This document shows, one piece after another, positions 16,946 through 23,672 of a stretch of 57,417 nt of DNA; positions within the stretch are counted from its first letter, which is position 1, and the number at the start of each line of letters is the position of its first letter. The notes under the pieces were generated by a model. The model saw only the letters and a list, made by a program, of their open reading frames with translations. It had not been told where the DNA came from and did not search any database. This stretch comes from a virus: IMG/VR virus record IMGVR_UViG_3300029581_000016, one strand, 5' to 3'. The translations under genes and the position numbers were made by a program.

Positions 16946-17107
16946 TTATTCCTCCTCAATGGTATCAAGCACCATCTGGATGGCATACTCACGGGAGCAC
17001 ATCTCGGCGCCATCCCATCTATTCGCCTCAATCATCTTGTTGGCTTCGGTCGTTGCATCGGCACGGGTGTAGCCGCAGCTCATGAGCCAGTCAATTATCT
17101 TGTCCAT
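16946..17107 (-). CDS. hypothetical small protein (53 aa)
   Basis: Minus-strand MDKIIDWLMSCGYTRADATTEANKMIEANRWDGAEMC... with RBS gggaggg. Below the track cutoff. Confidence 0.5.
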   Translation of the reverse strand: MDKIIDWLMSCGYTRADATTEANKMIEANRWDGAEMCSREYAIQMVLDTIEEE

Positions 17108-17201
17108 GTCAAACCCTCCCTTGTTAAATTTTCAAGCCCCAAAGCGGAGCTGATACCGCCGCCCGGCAATGAGTCGGGGACATTCTCTGCGGCGGTGATT
17201 T

Positions 17202-17504
17202 TTACAAGCCGTAAAAGCCAAGAAGTTCAGCCTTGCGATTATTATCAAACACGACCTCAGTTTTGCGAACACCAAAATCGCAAAATAGCCAAGTGTCGCC
17301 GGCGACTATCGAAACTGCCAACCCTCCCATCAACGCGTGGTCGACGCTGCCAGCCACTGCATAAGCCAACATCTCAACTGTACCCTTTGGTAGGCAAGTC
17401 AACATAAGAGCCTCGCTTGTAGCCGTTTTTTTGGCTACAAGCTCCATGATTTCATTGCTAGACGCAAATGCGTCATTACAACTATAAATATCTAGTTTTT
17501 TCAT
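17202..17504 (-). CDS. hypothetical protein (100 aa)
   Basis: ORF-track entry. RBS ggaggt 7 nt upstream. Confidence 0.6.
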   Translation of the reverse strand: MKKLDIYSCNDAFASSNEIMELVAKKTATSEALMLTCLPKGTVEMLAYAVAGSVDHALMGGLAVSIVAGDTWLFCDFGVRKTEVVFDNNRKAELLGFYGL

Positions 17505-17550
17505 TTTAATACCTCCATATATTTAATTATCTAGCCGATTTTATCGGCTG

Positions 17551-17591
17551 AAAAGCAACCCGGGGAATCGAACCCCGGCAGTGCGCCGCCT
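17551..17591 (-). repeat. 41-nt tRNA 3'-half-like element, left copy (perfect inverted repeat of 19222-19262)
   Basis: The reverse complement equals aggcggcgcactgc-cgggg-ttcgatt-ccccg-ggttgct-ttt. Confidence 0.9.
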
Positions 17592-17603
17592 CCGGTGATT
17601 GCC

Positions 17604-18116
17604 TTAATCCAAACAGCTTTCCCATGAAATCGCATACCGCGATTTCAGTAGGTCGTATGCTCTATTCGTGACTTTATAAGCGTTCCAGCCGCTCTTATAC
17701 TGCCCGGAGCTTGTCAAGTCACCGGCTTTGTACGTTTTCAAAAACTGGATGCCGCGCCCCTTAAGCTCTAACGGAGTGTCGATAAATATATGACCTCCGT
17801 AATATGCGCGGTGGGCTTCTATCTGACAGCCTTCCGGTTTCTGTTGTCCCATTTCTGGGGTATATGCATAAATCCCGGGCTTTTCAGCCTTCAATGCTTC
17901 CCCTTGTGGTGGGGTGGCAAGTTCAAGACGTTTGCCCCTGCCAATACGGCGCAGGGTGTGAAGCTCGCTTTCTGAAATGTCGCCATTTTCGAAAAGTGTC
18001 TCAGCAATGTCCAGATAGGCATTACAGCTTGCGACATTGTCGCAGATTTTGAACAGTGCAACAAGATTATAATATCCGTTGCTCCTCTTTTCAGGGAACT
18101 GTATTATTTCTCCCAT
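17604..18116 (-). CDS. hypothetical protein (170 aa)
   Basis: ORF 17604-18122. The second ATG (18116) is 6 nt from ggagg. Confidence 0.6.
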   Translation of the reverse strand: MGEIIQFPEKRSNGYYNLVALFKICDNVASCNAYLDIAETLFENGDISESELHTLRRIGRGKRLELATPPQGEALKAEKPGIYAYTPEMGQQKPEGCQIEAHRAYYGGHIFIDTPLELKGRGIQFLKTYKAGDLTSSGQYKSGWNAYKVTNRAYDLLKSRYAISWESCLD

Positions 18117-18209
18117 ATTCATCCTCCTTGTAATGTTAAAATTTTAATACCCCTATAAAGAGGGAAGAACCGCCGCCGGTATCGGTCCGGCTGGCATCCT
18201 CTGCGACGG

Positions 18210-18389
18210 CTATTTTTTACGACTGTAAAAATTCTCGCAAGCCTCGTCGAACTCCTCCGGCGTGGCGATGAAACGAACGCGGTAGCCGTTGCCTCTGAGA
18301 GCATCAGCATAAGCTCTCTTTGTTGTAAAAGTATCATTTTTTACAACTTGTATCTCTCCCTCATATCTCACGCTTGCCATTAACATCAT
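18210..18389 (-). CDS. hypothetical small protein (59 aa)
   Basis: Minus-strand MMLMASVRYEGEIQVVKNDTFTTKRAYADALRGNGYRVRFIATPEEF... with RBS aaggagg. The track instead lists a spurious overlapping frame (18119-18337). Confidence 0.55.
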   Translation of the reverse strand: MMLMASVRYEGEIQVVKNDTFTTKRAYADALRGNGYRVRFIATPEEFDEACENFYSRKK

Positions 18390-18448
18390 ATATAGTCACC
18401 TCCTTGTTTTTGGGTACAACAAACACATGTTCTGTATCTGTTCTATTT

Positions 18449-18495
18449 CCCTTTCGTTGATATTATAATATCACGATTATTAGAGAATGTCAACA
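18449..18495 (-). promoter_or_regulatory. leftward promoter/operator, left copy of a 47-bp inverted repeat
   Basis: The reverse complement reads tgTTGACAttctctaataatcgTGaTATTATaatatcaacgaaaggg, a 46/47 match to 18822-18868. Confidence 0.7.
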
Positions 18496-18525
18496 AGAAA
18501 ATCACTTTTTTTAGAGATTTTTTTA

Positions 18526-18554
18526 TTGACAAAACCGCAGCGCCTTAATATAAT
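18526..18554 (+). promoter_or_regulatory. consensus sigma-A-type promoter of the HTH gene
   Basis: TTGACA (18526-18531), a 17-nt spacer, then TATAAT (18549-18554). Confidence 0.7.
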
Positions 18555-18577
18555 GTAGTCACTGAGGAGGTGATATA

Positions 18578-18820
18578 TTGATATCTTATAAGATAAATGT
18601 TATGGAAGCATTAAAAGAGGCAGGTTTTAATGGTTCAACAGCAAAACAGACCGGGATTTTCAGCCAGAGCACAATGCGGAAGTTTAAAGAGGGCGACACT
18701 GGAATAACCCTGGACAATCTCAACCGCTTGTGCTGCATTCTCGAGATGCAGCCACGCGACATCATTAAGTTTACGGAGACTGACGATGATAGAAATAATA
18801 TTTTAAAAAATATAAAATAA
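18578..18820 (+). CDS. XRE-family HTH repressor-like protein (80 aa)
   Basis: TTG start 7 nt after gaggagg. STMRKFKEGDTGITLDNLNRLCCILEMQPRDII is an HTH_26/XRE pattern. Confidence 0.7.
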   Translation: MISYKINVMEALKEAGFNGSTAKQTGIFSQSTMRKFKEGDTGITLDNLNRLCCILEMQPRDIIKFTETDDDRNNILKNIK

Positions 18821-18821
18821 G

Positions 18822-18868
18822 TGTTGACATTCCCTAATAATCGTGATATTATAATATCAACGAAAGGG
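18822..18868 (+). promoter_or_regulatory. rightward promoter/operator, right copy of the 47-bp inverted repeat
   Basis: TTGACA 18824-18829, 17-nt spacer, TG-extended TATTAT 18847-18852. The palindrome cgtgatattataatatcaacg spans the -10. Confidence 0.7.
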
Positions 18869-18929
18869 AGAAGATAAGAATTTTCGAACGTGTGTTTGCT
18901 ACACGAAAAATTAAAATGGAGGTTCTAAG

Positions 18930-19202
18930 ATGGATTTTAAAATTCAGTGGAGAAGAGAAAACAGAGCTGCCGACCCGGCAGCAGTTATAAAAATTAAAAA
19001 AGTTCTCAGGGAGCTGCCAGAACTCCTTGAGAACGACACAATCACAATTAACCCTAGTGATTGTGATTTCATCGAGCGATGTGCAGATGAGTATTGCTCA
19101 AAACTCCGTACATTGAAGTATGGATATGACCCAGAGCTGGCGATACGCTGTGTTGTCAGCGACTGGGAACGCAGCGAGTTGGAGGCACTCGGTTTGCGGT
19201 AA
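18930..19202 (+). CDS. hypothetical protein (90 aa)
   Basis: RBS atggagg. Clean ORF. Confidence 0.6.
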   Translation: MDFKIQWRRENRAADPAAVIKIKKVLRELPELLENDTITINPSDCDFIERCADEYCSKLRTLKYGYDPELAIRCVVSDWERSELEALGLR

Positions 19203-19221
19203 GCAGTTAGGCAACTGCTGA

Positions 19222-19262
19222 AGGCGGCGCACTGCCGGGGTTCGATTCCCCGGGTTGCTTTT
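19222..19262 (+). repeat. 41-nt tRNA 3'-half-like element, right copy
   Basis: aggcggcgcactgc cgggg ttcgatt ccccg ggttgct ttt. T-arm-like hairpin with a canonical T-loop heptamer. Confidence 0.9.
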
Positions 19263-19303
19263 ACCCGGATAACCGGGAATTTAAAATCAGGAGGAAATAA
19301 ATT

Positions 19304-19615
19304 ATGACCATGACAGAGTTGGCCAAATACATCATTGCAGTGGAGGTACTGGAAAAAGAGCAGGCTCCACTTGCGCAGCAAGTAGGGGACCTGATGCACA
19401 AGAAGTTCACCGTCGGATTGACGAGAGACGAGCAGGAACTTCTCACAATGTCCGACAAGGCAAATCAGCAGTATCAACTGATACTTGCTGACCTGAGACA
19501 TGTGGCAGGGCTGGACAGTATATGTCTGTCGCGCGAAGAGCTTGAAGAAGAGCACCAAGCCGTAGAAGAAGCTCATGCCTCAGTGAGTGAGTGGCTGGCA
19601 GGATATGGCGAATAA
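19304..19615 (+). CDS. hypothetical protein (103 aa)
   Basis: RBS caggagg. Clean ORF ending at a terminator. Confidence 0.6.
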   Translation: MTMTELAKYIIAVEVLEKEQAPLAQQVGDLMHKKFTVGLTRDEQELLTMSDKANQQYQLILADLRHVAGLDSICLSREELEEEHQAVEEAHASVSEWLAGYGE

Positions 19616-19623
19616 TAAAAACA

Positions 19624-19657
19624 AGCCCCGGCGAAATAATCGTTCCGGGGCTATTTT
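19624..19657 (+). terminator. intrinsic terminator
   Basis: 8-bp stem agccccgg/ccggggct followed by atttt. Confidence 0.7.
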
Positions 19658-20045
19658 CATGCCGTAAAGCGCCTATTAAAATAATAAATGGCTCCTGCCA
19701 AGTCACGACCGATTAAAAAGCGTACCAAGCGATAACGGTCGGCACTTCCAGCCCTTATAAAATACATGATTTTTAACTGATTGTCAACGTATCGTATTTT
19801 ATATTGATATATTTTAAGCATTGACAAGCGGTTAATTCGATATTATTATAATAATAATTAAATAATCTCACACATTTATATTTTTAGACCAATAACAATC
19901 GGTTATATGGTCTTTTTGTCGTTCCGTTAATATCTTGACAATGTATCTTATTTAATCCCCAAAAACGATTCGTAAAATGTATATTATATGATAACTATAA
20001 GTGCCACCGGAAGCTTGCAGTTTCCACATCATTACATTAACGTAG

Positions 20046-20109
20046 TAAAATCTGTATACAAAATGTAAACAAAACGTAGCCTAGAGAAGATTAGATAAGA
20101 TTAGACAAG
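20046..20109 (+). repeat. 40-bp block identical to 42950-42989, followed by three TAGAnAAG units at an exact 10-bp period
   Basis: The block is taaaatctgtatacaaaatgtaaacaaaacgtagcctaga. It is followed by tagagaag (20082), tagataag (20092) and tagacaag (20102). Confidence 0.9.
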
Positions 20110-20321
20110 GTAAGATTAATGAGAATGTGTAAATAAATAATCGGTTTTTAAAAAACGTATATAATTATATACTGTATATGCAATTAGTACCAAAGTACTA
20201 TGCTTAAATACCCCAAAGTTATATTTTATATACTTTATGTATATAGTCACGTTTAATTTTATGTGCTATGATAATTCATGTGTGAGAGATAAAGAGATTA
20301 TGATTTGGAGGTGATTATATT

Positions 20322-20951
20322 ATGTGTGACGATAATAACGGTTATGATGTTCAGACAATCAGGACTGTTGATGACATGAGAATTGTAGCTAGTGATATAG
20401 TCACTAATTACTGCAATAGACATAGCATTGATGAAAATGATATATTTCCGTCTATATGGGCAGATATAATTACCGAATTAAACATATTACTATTTACCCC
20501 ATGTAATAAAGTACTTAAAAAAGTAGACGGTATTCATAATGAGTATGACATAGACAAAGTTGAATATGTTTATAATTATATATATAAGCGTCTCTGTAAT
20601 AGTCATTGTCAAGAAGTGACTATTAAGGGATTTTTAGATATGACTGGTATAAATAGACAGACGTTGTACGACTGGTCGAACGGTGTACTTAGCTCTCAGC
20701 GTTCCGATTTAGCTAAAAAAATAGCCGAAGATAACGAAGAAAGCCTATTCAATTTGATGAAGGATAGACGATTAAATCCTATGAAAGTGTTACCAAAGTT
20801 AAACAGATACCACGGTTGGAATATGCCGGGAGCTAGAGCGGAGAGAACGGAGAGAGAAGCCCTTGGAGCTGATGCCCTGATACAGCTTGGACAGCAGCCG
20901 AAGCCGCTTGAGTTGTCCGATAATAGCACCGTGATTGACGGTGATAATTGA
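20322..20951 (+). CDS. terS: terminase small subunit (putative)
   Basis: Position at the head of the packaging module. Has an HTH-like GINRQTLYDWSNG and a C-terminal ...LNRYHGWNMPG typical of TerS proteins as I recall them. Confidence 0.5.
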   Translation: MCDDNNGYDVQTIRTVDDMRIVASDIVTNYCNRHSIDENDIFPSIWADIITELNILLFTPCNKVLKKVDGIHNEYDIDKVEYVYNYIYKRLCNSHCQEVTIKGFLDMTGINRQTLYDWSNGVLSSQRSDLAKKIAEDNEESLFNLMKDRRLNPMKVLPKLNRYHGWNMPGARAERTEREALGADALIQLGQQPKPLELSDNSTVIDGDN

Positions 20952-21302
20952 TGTTTTATCACATGGAGTTTTCGCACAATTCTGCACAATTCAAGAAAGC
21001 CCATAAATAAAGGGTTTGCACATATGTAGCTCAATGTAAACTATTCGCAAAAGTTAAGTTTAACGAATAGTTGAGCAGAACAGAATGGAATGATAACGCT
21101 ATTGCATGAATTGTTTGAGAATTGTGTATAAATGGGCTGATGGCACGGGACCAGACTGGGTGGGGGTTATATGGTTGCTGGATACGACCCCTCTAAGTCC
21201 CGAAAACTCCGACAAAAATAAAAAGCCCCTCATGGCATGAATAGGGATGTACACCTGACAAGCTGTAAGCCTTAACAGTTTTCATGCCATAACATTAAGG
21301 CA

Positions 21303-21410
21303 ATGGGGATAATTAGATTTCTCGGTCTGACAGCTTTAGGGATATTTATAATCGGCATAATAATAGTGCTCATAATGATTTTTGCCATAGCCATAAGGGC
21401 ACTTATGTAG
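21303..21410 (+). CDS. possible 35-aa hydrophobic peptide
   Basis: MGIIRFLGLTALGIFIIGIIIVLIMIFAIAIRALM. Weak RBS. Speculative. Confidence 0.2.
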   Translation: MGIIRFLGLTALGIFIIGIIIVLIMIFAIAIRALM

Positions 21411-21433
21411 ATGTTTAAAGACATGTAATTTTT

Positions 21434-21505
21434 CGGGCTATCGTCAAGCGGTAAGGCACAGCACTTTGACTGCTGTATTCGTCGGTTCGAATCCGACTAG
21501 CCCAG
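21434..21505 (+). tRNA. tRNA-Gln (anticodon UUG)
   Basis: Hand-folded cloverleaf. The anticodon arm is cagca-ctTTGac-tgctg and the T arm is gtcgg-ttcgaat-ccgac. The 1:72 pair is a C:A mismatch. No CCA is encoded. Confidence 0.8.
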
Positions 21506-21733
21506 TTTGGTCATGCAAATGACCATCGGACTTTTAAGTCATGTTGTTTCATAAACTCCACCTATTAGCGGAATGCTGTTAAGAGCCGTCACAAGGCTCG
21601 ATAGGTTTTCGGGTTTTGTTGCTGTAGTTACCCGGCGCTCCATAACACGCTAAAAGAATAGCAACAGTGCGGACAACATAAGCCGGGAAGCTTGCGACGC
21701 TGCTGATTCTCGCTGTCGCCCAGTCTGCACTTA

Positions 21734-21807
21734 CGGAATATAGTTCAGTTTGGCAGAACGCTCCACTTGGGATGGAGAGGTCGTAGGTTCAAATCCTGCT
21801 ATTCCGA
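21734..21807 (+). tRNA. tRNA-Pro (anticodon UGG)
   Basis: Acceptor cggaata/tattccg, D stem gttc/gaac, anticodon arm ctcca-ctTGGga-tggag, T loop ttcaaat. Confidence 0.85.
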
Positions 21808-21899
21808 CTGCCTCGAATGAGGCACAAAGCAATACCCCTTTTGATTCAATTTTCGTGTAGCCTTGCCACCGCTCGGCAAGTAAAACAAAGAGCGGACAT

Positions 21900-21971
21900 G
21901 GCGCATTAGTCAAGTGGTTAAGACACCGCCTTTTCACGGCGGAGACGTGAGTTCGATTCTCTCATGCGTCA
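21900..21971 (+). tRNA. tRNA-Glu (anticodon UUC)
   Basis: Acceptor ggcgcat/atgcgtc, anticodon arm ccgcc-ttTTCac-ggcgg, 4-nt variable loop as in bacterial tRNA-Glu. One mismatch in the T stem. Confidence 0.75.
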
Positions 21972-21990
21972 TTTAGGCATAATTGTCTAT

Positions 21991-22063
21991 TGGCATGTAG
22001 CTCAGTTGGTAGAGCAATCGGCTGTTAACCGATGTGTCGTGGGTTCAATCCCCACCTTGCCAG
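21991..22063 (+). tRNA. tRNA-Asn (anticodon GUU)
   Basis: D arm gctc-agttggta-gagc, anticodon arm atcgg-ctGTTaa-ccgat, T arm gtggg-ttcaatc-cccac. One acceptor mismatch. Confidence 0.8.
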
Positions 22064-22187
22064 TTAAACTTACGGTAATCACTCTGACAAAGGATTGCCG
22101 TAAGCGGTATAAAGTCCGCATAAAATTGTACAAGGTAGCGACAAAAGCAATTTTAGGTATGGCGGTTACGCTACGACTGCCGTACTT

Positions 22188-22270
22188 GCCAACATGGTGT
22201 AATGGTATCACAGCGGCTTGCTAAGCCGTCCAACAGAAATGTTGTACAGGTTCAAATCCTGTTGTTGGCG
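22188..22270 (+). tRNA. tRNA-Ser (anticodon GCU), long variable arm
   Basis: Acceptor gccaaca/tgttggc, anticodon loop ttGCTaa, variable arm caaca-gaaa-tgttg, T arm acagg-ttcaaat-cctgt. Confidence 0.85.
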
Positions 22271-22344
22271 TTTTCACATACAAGCGAAATGGAAATATAG
22301 TTGTTGGCTATCTGTATTTTCCTAAAACCAACCGGTATGTGAGT

Positions 22345-22594
22345 TGATGTGTGGCGGAAGAGGTAGACGATAATCAGATATACAAGACTTCGCTCGGTGA
22401 AACTGCGTAACGATATATGCAAGCGAGATAGCGTGAAACATCCCCTTGATTGGTTGTGAAAGCAATGCTACCCATTATACCAATGGATGCGGATAAGTTT
22501 GGAAGATGTTCCCATAGACTTGCACGAAGGGTAAAACGAGGCGTCGGTACACGCCTATTGTATATTATGTGTGGTGCAAATCCACACCGCATCA
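22345..22594 (+). ncRNA. candidate structured RNA with a tRNA-like terminal domain (function unknown)
   Basis: The 5' tgatgtg can pair with the 3' cgcatca (7 bp) next to a T-arm-like hairpin gtgtgg-tgcaaat-ccacac. The interior has GNRA-capped and 6-bp hairpins. No credible ORF. Confidence 0.25.
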
Positions 22595-22631
22595 ATCTTT
22601 CAGTATTGGCACTGAATTACAGAGGACTACA

Positions 22632-22838
22632 ATGGACTATTTTGGCATGTATAGAGATATATGGACATTCCACAAAAAGTACATCGACAAGATAAGCTTT
22701 GCTGATGATAAACTCTGGAACAGCATAATCCAAGAAGCAAGTGAACTCGGTAAAAAGTACGGCAACTGTGAGTTCATAGGTGAGCTGATAAGGAATGAGG
22801 TGAATGAGTTTGAGCGAATTGCGAAAAAGACTGTTTAA
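22632..22838 (+). CDS. hypothetical protein (68 aa)
   Basis: ORF 22569-22838. The ATG at 22632 follows agagga. Confidence 0.55.
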   Translation: MDYFGMYRDIWTFHKKYIDKISFADDKLWNSIIQEASELGKKYGNCEFIGELIRNEVNEFERIAKKTV

Positions 22839-22895
22839 TCAAAATCTTAGAGGAAACAAAATCATTAGCAAATAGTGTGAAAAAAGGAGTGAGGT

Positions 22896-23207
22896 ATGAC
22901 AGCAAGTGAATATTGCTCAACAATGTTGTGTCGTGGAGATTGTGAAAAATACAAACCTTGCCAATATATAAAAGATTGCAAATTGCGTATTATGATTCGT
23001 GAGGATGAAAATTTTAATGAGGAGTATATAATTGGCTTAGGACAAAACTCGTTGCTATGCAAGAGAGATAATCCAAACTTCAAGCCATACACAGTACATC
23101 AATTTATAGAAGCATATAAGCAAATGCCATTACCGTTCAGAACAAATGCAAGCATTGGAGAATTGCTAGAAAGTGGAATAGCAAACGGAACTATAGTAAA
23201 GGAGTGA
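22896..23207 (+). CDS. hypothetical protein (103 aa)
   Basis: RBS aaaaggag. Confidence 0.6.
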   Translation: MTASEYCSTMLCRGDCEKYKPCQYIKDCKLRIMIREDENFNEEYIIGLGQNSLLCKRDNPNFKPYTVHQFIEAYKQMPLPFRTNASIGELLESGIANGTIVKE

Positions 23208-23211
23208 GATT

Positions 23212-23598
23212 ATGAAAAAATTATTTGTAAGCGTGCCAATGAAAGGCAGAACAGAGGAAGAAATTAAAGCAAGTATTCAGAAGATGAAAAAGATTGCAGA
23301 AATTTATGAGGGAGAAGAACTGGAACTGATTGACAGCTACATTGAGGATAACCCACCTAAAGACAGTAAAGAAGCTGTATGGTATTTAGGTGAAAGCCTT
23401 AAGAAGCTGGCGCAGGCTGATGTATTTATGGGAATATGTGAGAGTTACGATTGGAACGGCTGTAGCATTGAAAGAGAAACAGCAGAAAGATATGGCATTA
23501 AAACATATATGATTCCAGCACGGTATGTAATTGATGATTATAATGCACTTTTGAATAGATTGCATACGAATTTTTGGGATGCAATGCCAACAGTCTAA
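23212..23598 (+). CDS. DUF4406 / nucleoside 2-deoxyribosyltransferase-like protein
   Basis: MKKLFVSVPMKG....E......L..ADVF.....W..S.G...E...A...GI pattern, recalled from that family. Confidence 0.5.
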   Translation: MKKLFVSVPMKGRTEEEIKASIQKMKKIAEIYEGEELELIDSYIEDNPPKDSKEAVWYLGESLKKLAQADVFMGICESYDWNGCSIERETAERYGIKTYMIPARYVIDDYNALLNRLHTNFWDAMPTV

Positions 23599-23672
23599 TA
23601 AAATATTACCGGCTACAGATTGATTGTAGTCGCTACCCTAAAACAGTTATAGGCAGAGGTCTATAAGCACCT

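Noticed and set aside
18449-18868. The 47-bp inverted repeats as an inverton (invertible promoter switch) or as ends of an IS/MITE.
   Set aside because: Both repeats carry identical outward promoters, so inversion would change nothing outside the segment. There is no transposase and no target-site duplication. A duplicated operator/promoter is the simpler reading.
19443-19706. Minus-strand ORF 19443-19706, and a possible small ORF in 19650-19760.
   Set aside because: It is antisense to 19304-19615 and crosses its terminator. It has no RBS.
20082-20109. Short periodic repeats (TAGAnAAG arrays here and at 42986-43019) as a mini CRISPR array.
   Set aside because: The units are 8 bp with 2-bp gaps. 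There are no spacers of 25-40 bp, no leader and no cas genes.
21731-22224. Track ORFs 21731-21937(-), 21964-22224(+) and 22002-22211(-).
   Set aside because: They run straight through the tRNA-Pro, tRNA-Glu, tRNA-Asn and tRNA-Ser genes, so the open frames are incidental.
22345-22594. Calling the structured region a bona fide tmRNA or an intron-containing tRNA.
   Set aside because: It has no G3:U70 pair, no CCA, no recognisable resume codon or tag ORF ending in a double stop, no D-arm and no 7-nt anticodon loop. It is kept only as a low-confidence structured-RNA candidate.
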